Source: Macrostomum lignano (lineage: Eukaryota). Taken from it: a stretch of 64,000 nt of DNA. This document shows positions 1-13,585 of this stretch, one piece after another. Under the pieces are notes generated by a model, which saw only the letters and a program-made list of their open reading frames with translations, did no database searches and had not been told where the DNA came from. Positions within the stretch are counted from its first letter, which is position 1. Every line of letters starts with the position of its first letter. Both the position numbers and the translations under genes were made by a program. The DNA lies in contig NIVC01000639.1 in the NCBI GenBank assembly GCA_002269645.1, positions 166,972 through 230,971 of the forward strand, given 5' to 3'.

Positions 1-2428
1 GATCTCTCATGCAATCAAGCATGATCTCTCATGCAATCACACCTGATCTCTCATGCAATCACACCTGATCTCTCATGCAATCAAGCATGATCTCTCATGC
101 AATCAAGCATGATCTCTCATGCAATCACACCTGATCTCTCATGCAATCAAGCATGATCTCTCATGCAATCACACCTGATCTCTCACGCAATCACACCTGA
201 TCTCTCATGCAATCACACCTGATCTCTCATGCAATCACACCTGATCTCTCATGCAATCACACCTGATCTCTCATGCAATCAAGCATGATCTCTCATACAA
301 TCAAGCATGATCTCTCATACAATCAAGCATGATCTCTCATGCAATCACACCTGATCTCTCATACAATCAAGCATGATCTCTCATGCAATCACACCTGATC
401 TCTCATGCAATCAAGCATGATCTCTCATGCAATCACACCTGATCTCTCATGCAATCACACCTGATCTCTCATGCAATCACACCTGATCTCTCATGCAATC
501 ACACCTGATCTCTCATGCAATCACACCTGATCTCTCATGCAATCAAGCATGATCTCTCATGCAATCAAGCATGATCTCTCATGCAATCAAGCATGATCTC
601 TCATACAATCAAGCATGATCTCTCATGCAATCACACCTGATCTCTCATGCAATCACACCTGATCTCTCATGCAATCACACCTGATCTCTCATGCAATCAA
701 GCATGATCTCTCATGCAATCACACCTGATCTCTCATGCAATCACACCTGATCTCTCATGCAATCAAGCATGATCTCTCATGCAATCAAGCATGATCTCTC
801 ATGCAATCAAGCATGATCTCTCATGCAATCACACCTGATCTCTCATGCAATCACACCTGATCTCTCATGCAATCACACCTGATCTCTCATGCAATCAAGC
901 ATGATCTCTCATGCAATCAAGCATGATCTCTCATGCAATCACACCTGATCTCTCATGCAATCACACCTGATCTCTCATGCAATCAAGCATGATCTCTCAT
1001 GCAATCAAGCATGATCTCTCATGCAATCACACCTGATCTCTCATGCAATCAAGCATGATCTCTCATGCAATCAAGCATGATCTCTCATGCAATCACACCT
1101 GATCTCTCATGCAATCAAGCATGATCTCTCATGCAATCACACCTGATCTCTCATGCAATCACACCTGATCTCTCATGCAATCACACCTGATCTCTCATGC
1201 AATCAAGCATGATCTCTCATGCAATCAAGCATGATCTCTCATGCAATCACACCTGATCTCTCATGCAATCAAGCATGATCTCTCATGCAATCACACCTGA
1301 TCTCTCATGCAATCAAGCATGATCTCTCATGCAATCACACCTGATCTCTCATGCAATCACACCTGATCTCTCATGCAATCAAGCATGATCTCTCATGCAA
1401 TCAAGCATGATCTCTCATGCAATCACACCTGATCTCTCATGCAATCAAGCATGATCTCTCATGCAATCAAGCATGATCTCTCATGCAATCACACCTGATC
1501 TCTCATGCAATCACACCTGATCTCTCATGCAATCAAGCATGATCTCTCATGCAATCAAGCATGATCTCTCATGCAATCACACCTGATCTCTCATGCAATC
1601 AAGCATGATCTCTCATGCAATCAAGCATGATCTCTCATGCAATCACACCTGATCTCTCATGCAATCAAGCATGATCTCTCATGCAATCACACCTGATCTC
1701 TCATGCAATCACACCTGATCTCTCATGCAATCACACCTGATCTCTCATGCAATCAAGCATGATCTCTCATGCAATCAAGCATGATCTCTCATGCAATCAC
1801 ACCTGATCTCTCATGCAATCACACCTGATCTCTCATACAATCAAGCATGATCTCTCATGCAATCACACCTGATCTCTCATGCAATCAAGCATGATCTCTC
1901 ATGCAATCACACCTGATCTCTCATGCAATCACACCTGATCTCTCATGCAATCACACCTGATCTCTCATGCAATCACACCTGATCTCTCATGCAATCAAGC
2001 ATGATCTCTCATGCAATCACACCTGATCTCTCATGCAATCAAGCATGATCTCTCATGCAATCACACCTGATCTCTCATGCAATCACACCTGATCTCTCAT
2101 GCAATCACACCTGATCTCTCATGCAATCACACCTGATCTCTCATGCAATCAAGCATGATCTCTCATGCAATCAAGCATGATCTCTCATGCAATCACACCT
2201 GATCTCTCATGCAATCACACCTGATCTCTCATGCAATCACACCTGATCTCTCATGCAATCAAGCATGATCTCTCATGCAATCAAGCATGATCTCTCATGC
2301 AATCACACCTGATCTCTCATGCAATCAAGCATGATCTCTCATGCAATCACACCTGATCTCTCATGCAATCACACCTGATCTCTCATGCAATCAAGCATGA
2401 TCTCTCATGCAATCAAGCATGATCTCTC
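1..2428. repeat. 22-bp tandem minisatellite with two interspersed unit variants (truncated by window start)
   Basis: Units GATCTCTCATGCAATC+AAGCAT or GATCTCTCATGCAATC+ACACCT, about 110 copies, ending at ...GATCTCTCCCTTTG. Confidence 0.98.
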
Positions 2429-2946
2429 CCTTTGAAAAAGTCACGAAAATAAGGCCAGGCGTGAATTAAACTAAGTTTTCTTAGTATATTTATTAAAAAA
2501 GTGTCAGCCATGCAAATGGCTTACAAACTTATACGCTGGTAGAAGATACCAAAAGCCATCGAATCCATCTTAACAAACGACTAAATTTTAACGCGAAGTT
2601 AAAGTAAGACTCTAAGCAAAAAATTACAGAAACCGGATAAATCCGAAAAACAGAAGAAGTCTAGGAGCGTGTGGTATATGCACTCTAGAAAACTGAACCG
2701 AGAAAAGTATATCAAAGATATTATAATTGTGCAATGGTTTCAGCAATCTGTGACCAGCAACAGGCGTCAATTAGAGAAGGAATTTGTTTAGTTGGGACAG
2801 CGCTTTTATCTTATACAGTGAGGCCGTACTATTCTAAGAAAGAGTCACTACAACAATAATATCATCGTCCAACGCAAAACACATACGCTGGTTTTAAAGT
2901 AATTTGCAAAGCAAACTCAAATATTTCTCTTTGTTTCGATTCAAAC

Positions 2947-5900
2947 TCAGGCGTCAGGCTCAAGGTAGGCACCGTCGTCATGCTCCACCAGTGCGCGCTG
3001 CTGATCCAGGAAGCGGCAATACGCCGCAACATTAGTCGGCCGGCGGACCGAGATCACGAGGTTCGGGTGCACGGGGTTCGCTATGTACGCATTGACCCTG
3101 CGCCTGGCGTAGTCAACGGGGATGGCAGCACCGAAGGTGGTCATCTCCACTTCTTTGTCACTGAAAACTCCGCGACTGGCGGCTGCGATGTACTTGGACG
3201 GGCAGGCGAGGCAGTCATTCATGGTGCCGACCATGTCGCGGAAGCTCGGCCGAGACTCCGGATGCGGCAGCCAGCAGCTCAGCAGGATGTTGTAGAAGTC
3301 GATGCTGCAGATGTCGGGCTGGTTCAGTCGGATGCCCTTCTTCAGCAGGCCGGTGATGTCCTCCACCGAGCGGATCCCGTACGGGTTGTAGGGCGACTCG
3401 CCGAACGTGCAGATCTCCCACAGCAGCACGCCGTAGCTCCACACGTCCGACTTGTGGCTGAACAGTCCGGACTCAAAGCACTCCACGCCGAGCCACTTCA
3501 CCGGCAGCAGGCCGGCCGTCTGGATGAACTCGCCCTCCGACATGTCCAGCAGACGGGCCAGCCCGAAGTCCGTGATCCTCACCTGGTCCGGAGTCTGCAG
3601 CAGCACGTTGCGGGCAGCCAGGTCGCGGTGTACAATGCCCAGAGACTCCAGGTACTCCATGCCCTCTGCCACTTGTAGACCCCAGCGCAGCATTCGCTCC
3701 GCACCGATCTGGTTGCGGTGCGCTCGCAGGAACTCCAGCAGACAGCCCCGAGGCATCAGCGCCGTGATCAGCTGCGGCTCCTGGGTCAGGCACAGAGCCA
3801 CCAGTCGGATACAGCATGGATGCTGCACTCTGGCCAGCATGCTCGCTTCGTTCAGCAGCTCTTGGCCCAGCTTCGGACTGTGGCCGCGCAGCACCTTGAT
3901 CGCGACGGGCAGCTCGCGAACTCCCTTGTTCGTGCTCGACCGCAGGATGCCCTTGTACACCGTGCCGAACGCGCCACTGCCAACCTCCTTCTGCTTCATC
4001 ACATCGTCGTCATTCACAATCAGCAGCTTCGCCATGGCGTTCGGGTTGCTCGGGTCCGTCAGGTACTCGTCCAAGTCGACGATTTCGTACTTTCGCATGC
4101 GCCTCCGGTAGTGCACGTAGGCCACCGGCAGCAGCACCAGCAGCACCAGAATGAGCAGCCCGACGCCAATGCCGACGGTGAGGAGTCTCGCAGACGCCAC
4201 CGAGTAGCAGCGGCCCTTCGAGTCGGCGCGCATCTCTCGGCTGCTACAGGCGGCCACGCACTTGCCGTCCTCCTCCAGGTTGCTGCAGCGCTCGCACTCG
4301 GAGGCGCTCGGACTGCTGCAGCCACCCTCGCACTCGCTGTGGCACTCCTGACATTCTCCGCTCAGATTGTACCGACCGGCCTCCTGGCACGTGGCGTAGC
4401 AGCGGCCGTCCACCTCGAAGTTCCGGCAGGCTACGCACATGTCGGGTCCGGGTCCCCAGCACTCGTCGCGGCACTGGGGGTCACAGACGGCGTTCCTGCA
4501 CACCTCGCTCGTGTTGTCGAAGCTGCGCTCCTTATCTGTTTCGCTTGGCCAGTGCTCCTTCAAGTCTTGCAGCTTCGCCGCGAAGTTGAACGGAAACCAG
4601 CGAGCGCAGAGACCTCTGACATTTCTCAGGCCGAAACAGGACACGTATTTCAGAGACGCAAAGCCAAAATGAGTAATTCTGCAGTCATCAACAAATAGGT
4701 GCCCTGAAACTTGCACGAGATTTTTAAGAAAGCTAAGGCTTCCTATGTGCTGTGGAATATTTTTTATTACAAATTTTTCGACCAAAATAGCTCGAACGGA
4801 TTTCAGATTCCAAATTCCAGAATCTGCATCCAGCGGTCCCAATCGCAGTTGATTTCCATCGATGCTTAAAACTTTTTTAAACTTCAACTCTGTCGGTGCC
4901 AGTGTCGAACAGTTGCTAAACTTTCCTAGAAATTCCTCAGTAAGGGTTCTCTGAAAGCCGTCTTTGCACACGTGGCAGCCCTGTCGCACTCCGGCCACTG
5001 AGCAGGGAGTGCAGATTCCGCTGATGGGCATTTGACCATCAGGACATTCGACAATGCAGTACTTGTGATTGGAATCAATCACGAAGTCTCTCGGGCACTG
5101 GTCAACGCAAACGTTTCCTGCCTGCATCAGAGAATCCTGCGCCGTGTTGATTCGGCTGTATGCCGCATCATACGAATTATTGCGGCAGCTATGGGCGCAC
5201 CTGCCGGCCAGAAGCACACTGCGGCACGCGCGACACTCGCTTGGTTGAAATGACCGGCACCCTCCGAGACAGCTGTTGTCGCAGCATTCTTCCTCGCCGG
5301 TGGGCCGAGTATAGCAGGAGTGGCAGCTTCGCTTCCTGCACTTGGACACCATCTGGCACTCCGTGCTTGACCAGCACAATCGGTGGCCTTCCTTGCTCAT
5401 GGGACAGTCGTCAGGGCACTCGGGGAGATGAGAACAGATGTTAGCCTGATCAGCCGGTTTGAGCGAACTGTTGGTCATGTTATTCAAGTGAGTCACTGCA
5501 TCGAGCAGATGCTGTTCTTTGTGCTCGAATACTTCACTCCAGCTAATTTTTCGGGTTAGCTGGCAATAGAGGTGGATGTCCATGCTGGTGGAGAACATTA
5601 CACCGGGTCCTTGGATGGAGACGAGCTTTGGCATGAATATCTGAGTCGGCGTGTTGCAGTATCCGATCTCCAAGGCGTATAAAGGGTGAGAGGGGCTTTG
5701 CGAGTAGATGAAGCCTCTGATGGCTCTGAGGTTCCGCAGCTCGAGTCGCTTGATGCCGAGGCCCGTGATAACAACTCTACCGGATACCTCTCTAATGGAA
5801 TCAAGAAAGCTAGTATTCATTTCATAGATGTTGCGGTCGATTGTGACTCCGGTGAAGTGCGACCCCAGAAAATGGACGTGCAAATCTCCGTTTACGAATT

Positions 5901-6087
5901 GACAGCCGTCCACCTTGCGGGAGAGAATTTCATGCAGATAGCTCACATTCTTTAGCTGTTTGTAGTCGCTGTTCGTGATGCGGAGGCTCCGGCAGATTTT
6001 CGGCTCCGGAACTATGGCCGAGTGGCCGGGCTTCGGCACCCGGAACGCCATCAGCCACAGTAGGACAAGGACCGCGTCGCTTCGCAT
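2947..6087 (-). CDS. EGFR: EGFR/ErbB-family receptor tyrosine kinase, copy A (single exon)
   Basis: Uninterrupted ORF; the likely start is ATG 6087 (MRSDAVLVLLWLMAF, signal-peptide-like) rather than the track's TTG 6132. It has an L1 domain (DGCQFVNGDL...LRNLRAIRG), furin-like Cys-rich domains, L2, a TM helix (LLTVGIGVGLLILVLLVLLPVAYV), and a kinase with GSGAFG, VAIK, HRDLAARN, DFG and SDVWSYGV. Confidence 0.95.
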   Translation of the reverse strand: MRSDAVLVLLWLMAFRVPKPGHSAIVPEPKICRSLRITNSDYKQLKNVSYLHEILSRKVDGCQFVNGDLHVHFLGSHFTGVTIDRNIYEMNTSFLDSIREVSGRVVITGLGIKRLELRNLRAIRGFIYSQSPSHPLYALEIGYCNTPTQIFMPKLVSIQGPGVMFSTSMDIHLYCQLTRKISWSEVFEHKEQHLLDAVTHLNNMTNSSLKPADQANICSHLPECPDDCPMSKEGHRLCWSSTECQMVSKCRKRSCHSCYTRPTGEEECCDNSCLGGCRSFQPSECRACRSVLLAGRCAHSCRNNSYDAAYSRINTAQDSLMQAGNVCVDQCPRDFVIDSNHKYCIVECPDGQMPISGICTPCSVAGVRQGCHVCKDGFQRTLTEEFLGKFSNCSTLAPTELKFKKVLSIDGNQLRLGPLDADSGIWNLKSVRAILVEKFVIKNIPQHIGSLSFLKNLVQVSGHLFVDDCRITHFGFASLKYVSCFGLRNVRGLCARWFPFNFAAKLQDLKEHWPSETDKERSFDNTSEVCRNAVCDPQCRDECWGPGPDMCVACRNFEVDGRCYATCQEAGRYNLSGECQECHSECEGGCSSPSASECERCSNLEEDGKCVAACSSREMRADSKGRCYSVASARLLTVGIGVGLLILVLLVLLPVAYVHYRRRMRKYEIVDLDEYLTDPSNPNAMAKLLIVNDDDVMKQKEVGSGAFGTVYKGILRSSTNKGVRELPVAIKVLRGHSPKLGQELLNEASMLARVQHPCCIRLVALCLTQEPQLITALMPRGCLLEFLRAHRNQIGAERMLRWGLQVAEGMEYLESLGIVHRDLAARNVLLQTPDQVRITDFGLARLLDMSEGEFIQTAGLLPVKWLGVECFESGLFSHKSDVWSYGVLLWEICTFGESPYNPYGIRSVEDITGLLKKGIRLNQPDICSIDFYNILLSCWLPHPESRPSFRDMVGTMNDCLACPSKYIAAASRGVFSDKEVEMTTFGAAIPVDYARRRVNAYIANPVHPNLVISVRRPTNVAAYCRFLDQQRALVEHDDGAYLEPDA

Positions 6088-7289
6088 CTCTTGCGAGTGG
6101 TGCTTAGGGTCTTTTATCTGAAATTGAAGCAATTTTTAGGGCTTCAAAATCTAAATCTCATGTTAAAAACTGGCCAATGCAAATTGCGGAGACCCTCTTG
6201 CTACACAAGACGTGAAGTTCCCCCTTTTTAATTTGCTTTGAGGGTCGAACCGTTTGAGTTTGGCTAGCAGCTACTTATTAACTAGCCACGAAGACTTGTC
6301 AGCTTACCGCAAATTGCTTTGAGGCGCAGTATGAGAAGCGAAATTTCGTGCAACCTGTGCAGCGGGGGCAGCAGCAGCAGCCAAGAGATGCAATCCAGCT
6401 TTTATGCCCTGAGTCCATTAAGCTCACCCACGCCCCGGCCTCTCCAACCCAGGCACAAGTGCAAGAGAAGCAGCCAATCTGACGGTAGTTGCCAGCTGTC
6501 TACACGGTTGCACCCGCGAATTTTCCAAAAGAAAGGCACAGTTGGGTGTCCGTCCGTATTGTCAGGAAACAAGTGACAATGATTTACAAGCCGCCATGCT
6601 GAATATAATCCGTTGTTTACTGCTCTTTGTGTCTGTCGAATCCGCCTGATTCAGTGTGCATTGTTTAATGGCAATTAATTTTTGCGGCAACAAGTCTTTG
6701 ATCTCGCCGAAGTGGGAGCGGCGATCCGAATGAGGATCTGAGGAGAATTCAAGAGTCACGTGAAACCCGTTTACTAGAGGGAACAGCTATTGGGTGCCTT
6801 CTAGAAACAAGTGATCTGAGCAGCTCTGAGCAGCCCAGATCAGGCTTTGTCACCGATTCAGCAGAGAACGTTTTGAGCCGATGAAGTGGAGACAAAAGGG
6901 TATAACTAAGTGGCCGTTTAGCAGACTAATCCAGCGCATTTATTTGATGCAGCGCACTCGGCATTCGGTGCATTGTCTGACTACTTCGATTAGTTGCGAA
7001 GTGGCACTCTTGATGGCTCAATGAACGTTCGAAGAGAAGATTTTAGCGGGAGCAGGTCAACGCCCCCTCACAGCATGCAGCACCAGGACGGTGCAGCCCA
7101 CGTTTTAAAGGTCTGTAGAGAGATCCAAACCAAGAGAACTGAACTCACCTGCAAGACTTGTGATTAACGATATGCCTTTTCAATTTTTGCAGTAGAAATT
7201 TAGAAGCGGCCCACGCTACCGCGGATAAAAACAAGTAACTCACTGCAAGGCTCCAGACACTCCGTCACTGGCCACTAATTTTGAAAAAT

Positions 7290-7545
7290 ATTGTCTTTTG
7301 CGTGACTGCACAAAAACAGGGATTACTTGGTGTAGCCCGACTGTAAGCCCAGTAGGAAATGAACCATCTGCAAATCTACGCAGACAACCCATTCATGATC
7401 ATGGTAGGCTACGAACGTACATACGAGCGTACTTGAACGCATCAAATTGTTCCTTTAGTGTTGTCGAATGGGCTGGAGGTATTGATGGATAAACATTGCC
7501 GTTGTGTAGCAGTACACATTTCTAAGAGCACTTGCTGGGGTCAAT
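7290..7545 (-). mobile_element. Degenerate Chapaev(CMC)-type transposase fragment
   Basis: Manual minus-strand translation gives IDPSKCS*KCVLLHNGNVYPSIPPAHSTTLKEQF, then after a frameshift HEWVVCVDLQMVHFLLGLQSGYTK*SLFLC. These match Chapaev motifs as I recall them (SLKCVLLHNGN; CVDLKMVNFLLGQQSGYTKYPCFLC). Contains stops and a frameshift. Confidence 0.7.
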
Positions 7546-7599
7546 GCGTCGACCCAAAGTAGCCTAGGGACAGGGAGACGCAGATACAGCTCTGCTGCA

Positions 7600-7900
7600 G
7601 CATCGGTCCTATCAGCGCTCCAAAACTTCCACAGACTTGTTGGTACGCCGATGTGTAGTAGAGGGTCCTCCCTCACAGCGAAGTCCCGCGGATCCGCCTT
7701 AATAGACACCCCTGCAGCGCGATGACATCACAGCTTAGGTTGAGCGCTAGCTTTGCCAGAGCCCCTCTCCGCCCAGGCGGCCCCGAGAGTGCGGCAGTTC
7801 AGCGTCCCGACCCGAAGTATGAGCAGTTGAGTCTCACGGAAGATCCGCATGGGCCAGCGCAGCCGCAGTTCGGCGGACAGCACCACGTCGCCGACCGCGC
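7600..7900 (-). mobile_element. Degenerate non-LTR retrotransposon (RTE-like) APE endonuclease N-terminal fragment
   Basis: Minus-strand LRVGTLNCRTL followed, in another frame, by AKLALNLSCDVIALQ; these are the GTxN and DIIxLQE motifs of LINE endonucleases. Frameshifted. Confidence 0.6.
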
Positions 7901-8709
7901 CAATTTCACTTCACGTCGGAGCTCAACACGCCGACGTTCGCTCCGCTGCTCTTGCTTAGTCCTGCCGCTGTTGGCCGCCGCAGCAGTGAAGCGCAGTCGA
8001 CCGTCTTGACCACTTGGAGGTCGCAGAATTTACTTTATCAACGTGCAAATAATACAGGACTCCCCTCTCCATAAGTTTGACTCAAGCCCCGATGCCAGGC
8101 ATCATTTGTCACTTAGTGAGCCATTTTGCACTGCGTCTGCAGATGCTCAGTGTAAGCTACAAAACCTTCCTTTGCTTGACTTCAACTGGCCAAAACGAGT
8201 CCAACACACTAGCAATGCAAAGTGCACTGAAGGCCAAGCTTTTGTTAGAGAGGAAGAAACAAACAATATCGCGTTACACTGACGCAGCTTTCCCAACTTT
8301 GCTGTAATTTTAGCTCGCTAATGATTTAAGATGCACAAGAAACCTCAGCAAACTTCATGCTTGCAGCTTTGAATATTAGGCTCGCTACTTACAACAGTAT
8401 ACGCGGGTCTGTGTGCTAGATAATTATCACGCCTATGCCAATGTGTTAGTCGATAAGTCAAATATGGATAAACAAAAATTTAGATAGATTTCGATCTGTT
8501 TGTGAAGCTGCTGATGATGACATTTAGACACAAAAAATTGCAAAACCCATTCGACTGAGAGATGCATGCTGCAGTTCGAGATATCTGGGCTTTTAGCCCG
8601 GCTGCTTTTCACACCGCAACAACCACTCCAGTGGACTACTGGGAGTAACGGGGTTACAACGGTAACCACCAACTATCTGTTGCCTATTAGTCTTTCAAGT
8701 CACTGATTA

Positions 8710-9020
8710 AACCACCAACCACCAACCAGTCCCGGGATCCCACACCAACCAGCCCCGGGATTCCCCACCAACCAGTCCCAAGATCCTGAACCAACCAGTC
8801 CCGAGAGCCGAGATCCCGCACCAACCAGTCCCAAGATCCTGAACGAACCAGTCCCGAGAGCCGAGATCCCGCACCAACCAGTCCCAAGATCCTGAACCAA
8901 CCAGTCCCGAGATCCCCCACCCACCAGGTCCCGGGATCCCACAACAACCAGTCTCGAGATCCTGCACCAACCAGTCCCGGGATCCCCCACCCACCAGTCC
9001 CGAGATCTCGCACCAACCAG
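8710..9020. repeat. Degenerate ~23-bp minisatellite
   Basis: Repeated ACCAACCAGTCCCGAGATCC-like units. Confidence 0.85.
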
Positions 9021-9399
9021 TGAGGGGACACTATGCATCCAACGCCGCAACAGTTGCAGCACATCGTGTGGCAAGTCAGCGTTAGAGTTTCAAGTGAAAA
9101 CTCGTATTTCAATCCAATGCAGTCCGGAGGGCAGAGTTAATGAATTCACGGGCATGAGCCGGCGCAAAACATAATGCAGGATCATTTCATTCTTCACGAT
9201 AAATTTAACCAAGCCTAACAGCTGCGCAAATTGTGACTGACATTTGCAATATCTGAGGCCATGTGGATGAGCACTGGACACTCAAACAGAAATGAAATTG
9301 CAATAAACCTGTGAGCAGTCAGGCTGCAAGCTTGAGTTCGAAACATGCATAATACGGTTGGGTTTTAAAATGTTTAAAACTGTTTTTACGGTTAGGCCA

Positions 9400-9782
9400 T
9401 CGGGGTCACGGAAGGCCATGGGGTCATGGGGGTCAGGGGAGTCATGAAGGTCAGTGGGGTCATGGGGGTCATAGGGGTCATGGAGGTCAGGGGGATTAGG
9501 GGGTCAGGGCTCTAGGGGGTCAGTGCGTTAGGGGGTCCGGGCGTTAGGGGTCAGGGGGTCATGGGTGTCATAGTTGTCATGGGGATCAGGGGTCTGGGGT
9601 CATGGGGGTCATGGAGGTCAGGGGGATCAGGGGGTCAGGATTTCAGGGTGTCAGGGTGTCAGGGTCAGGGGTCATGGGGGTCATGGGCGTCATAGGGGTC
9701 ATGGAGGTCACGGGGTCAGGGTGTCAGGGGTTAGGGGGTCATGGGGTCAGGGGGTCATGGGGTCAGGGGTCAGGGGGTCATG
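9400..9782. repeat. Degenerate G-rich GGGGTCA(T/G) short-unit array
   Basis: Dozens of GGGGTCA units. Confidence 0.85.
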
Positions 9783-10359
9783 ACACCTCAAACGGCCGAC
9801 CATTAAAATTTGTCTACTGCACCTGATTGGCGGCTCGGACACGCTAAGCGGTTGAGCCGTTTTTTTCTAAAATTAAAAAAATAGCTCTGGGGTGATTAAA
9901 TTTTGCAAAATTTCCTCCTGCGAAATGTCGCGATTAGGCCGCCGTGTTTGCTTTCGAAGTTGCCGCGCGCTTCCCTCTTGGCCCCAGATTTCCGCGCAAA
10001 TATTTTCCCCATCTTTAATTTACTCACTCTGCAGAGTTCCCTTCACAAAAAGTTTGCAGAAATCCAAGCCAGCTCTGTGCAGTTTGAGTTGCCGTACTCA
10101 ATCTGGCACTTTTATTGCTGCGGCACGAGAGGCAATAAAAGCCAGTGAAAAACGCTGGGCTGCGCAAGCAGGCAGCGGCTGCACTAATCGCGTCCTGCAC
10201 TCAGCGAGTTCGTCTGTTCGTCTGGATGAAATAACAGATTTTGCCGTGAAGCCGCTGATAAATGCAGGCTGCGCGAAATCCGACTGCGCTGCTGGATGAA
10301 CTGCCTCTTCCAGTCCTCTGCGCTTCGTGTCCGCCCTCTGCCGCTTCTTAGCGGACTCT

Positions 10360-10665
10360 ACTTTTCCCTCTACCACTCCACTTTTCCCTCTAGCACTCTA
10401 CGTTTTTCTCTACCCGCTCTACTTTTCCTTCTAGCGCTCTACGTTTTTCTCTACCCGCTCTACTTTTCCCTTTACCGCTCTACTTTTCCCTCTACCGCTC
10501 TACTCCTACCTCTAACGCTCTACTTTTCTTTCTAGCACTCTACTCTTTTCTCTACCCGCTCTACTTTTCTCTCCACCGCTCTGCTTTTCTTTCTAGCACT
10601 CTACTTTTCTCTCTACCGCTCTACTCTTCTCTCAATAGCGCTACTCTTCCCTCTACCGCTGGACT
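10360..10665. repeat. Pyrimidine-rich degenerate array (CTCTACTTTTCCCTCTACCG-like)
   Basis: Repeated CTCTAC...TTTTC units. Confidence 0.85.
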
Positions 10666-10700
10666 TTCCTATCAACCAAATGATTATTTGATCCAACGAT

Positions 10701-11553
<853 letters not shown>

Positions 11554-11841
11554 TAGATTTGTCTTTTCACTCAGCGCCAGCGCCACTTCCTGATGCTAAT
11601 GAGAGCAGAAGGCTCTGGCACTCTGATGCCGCTGTCATTAGAAATGCATCATCCAAGCACGCGGTGACTACGCGAAAATTTTAATCAACTGCTAATTGGT
11701 GTGACGCAGGACAACTGATGCATTGCCTGTTGCATTAAGCATACTTAGCTCGGATATGCGCTGTTCTATCTGAGAGGGCGTCGCTTTTACAAACTAGAAA
11801 TGCCCGTTATTTTCACAAGCTCAAATTTATGACAGCTAGTA

Positions 11842-13585
11842 GAGTGAGTGTCAGACTGTCAGGATCGCTAGAGTGGGTGTCAGACTGTCAGGATCGCTAG
11901 AGTGGGTGTCAGACTGTCAGGATCGTTAGAGTGGGTGTCAGACTGTCAGGATCGCTAGAGTGGGTGTCAGACTGTCAGGATCGCTGGAGTGGGTGTCAGA
12001 CTGTCAGGATCGCTAGAGTGAGTGTCAGACTGTCAGGATCGCTGGAGTGGGTGTCAGACTGTCAAGATCGCTAGAGTGGGTGTCAGACTGTCAAGATCGC
12101 TAGAGTGGGTGTCAGACTGTCAGGATCGCTAGAGTGGGTGTCAGACTGTCAGGATCGCTAGAGTGGGTGTCAGACTGTCAAGATCGCTAGAGTGGGTGTC
12201 AGACTGTCAAGATCGCTAGAGTGGGTGTCAGACTGTCAAGATCGCTAGAGTGGGTGTCAGACTGTCAAGGATCGCTAGAGTGGGTGTCAGACTGTCAGGA
12301 TCGCTAGAGTGGGTGTCAGACTGTCAAGATCGCTAGAGTGGGTGTCAGACTGTCAAGATCGCTAGAGTGGGTGTCAGACTGTCAAGATCGCTAGAGTGGG
12401 TGTCAGACTGTCAAGGATCGCTAGAGTGGGTGTCAGACTGTCAAGATCGCTAGAGTGGGTGTCAGACTGTCAAGATCGCTAGAGTGGGTGTCAGACTGTC
12501 AAGATCGCTAGAGTGGGTGTCAGACTGTCAGGCCTGCTAGAGTGGGTGTCAGACTGTCAGGATCGCTAGAGTGGGTGTCAGACTGTCAGGATCGCTAGAG
12601 TGGGTGTCAGACTGTCAGGATCGCTAGAGTGGGTGTCAGACTGTCAGGATCGCTAGAGTGGGTGTCAGACTGTCAGGCCTGCTAGAGTGGGTGTCAGACT
12701 GTCAGGATCGCTAGAGTGGGTGTCAGACTGTCAGGATCGCTAGAGTGGGTGTCAGACTGTCAGGATCGCTAGAGTGGGTGTCAGACTGTCAGGCCTGCTA
12801 GAGTGGGTGTCAGACTGTCAGGCCTGCTAGAGTGGGTGTCAGACTGTCAGGATCGCTAGAGTGGGTGTCAGACTGTCAGGCTTGCTAGAGTGGGTGTCAG
12901 ACTGTCAGGCTTGCTAGAGTGGGTGTCAGACTGTCAGGATCGCTAGAGTGGGTGTCAGACTGTCAGGATTGCTAGAGTGGGTGTCAGACTGTCAGGGGAC
13001 CAATAGAGTGGTTGTCAGACTGTCAGGATCGCTAGAGTGGGTGTCAGACTGTCAATGATCGCTAGAGTGGGTGTCAGACTGTCAGGATCGCTAGAGTGGG
13101 TGTCAGACTGTCAGGATCGCTAGAGTGGGTGTCAGACTGTCAAGGATCGCTAGAGTGGGTGTCAGACTGTCAAGGATCGCTAGAGTGGGTGTCAGACTGT
13201 CAAGGATCGCTAGAGTGGGTGTCAGACTGTCAGGATCGCTAGATGAGTGTCAGACTGTCAGGATCGCTATAGTGGGTGTCAGACTGTCAGGGGACCAATA
13301 GAGTGGGTGTCAGACTGTCAGGATCGCTAGAGTGGGTGTCAGACTGTCAGGATCGCTAGAGTGAGTTTCAGACTGTCAGGATCGCTAGAGTGAGTGTCAG
13401 ACTGTCAGGATCGCTAGAGTGGGTGTCAGACTGTCAAGGATCGCTAGAGTGGGTGTCAGACTGTCAAGGATCGCTAGAGTGGGTGTCAGACTGTCAAGGA
13501 TCGCTAGAGTGGGTGTCAGACTGTCAGGATCGCTAGAGTGGGTGTCAGATTGTCAGACTTGCTACATGGGGTGTCAGACTGTCAG
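11842..13585. repeat. 29-bp minisatellite, array 1
   Basis: Unit AGAGTGGGTGTCAGACTGTCAGGATCGCT with variants. Confidence 0.97.
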
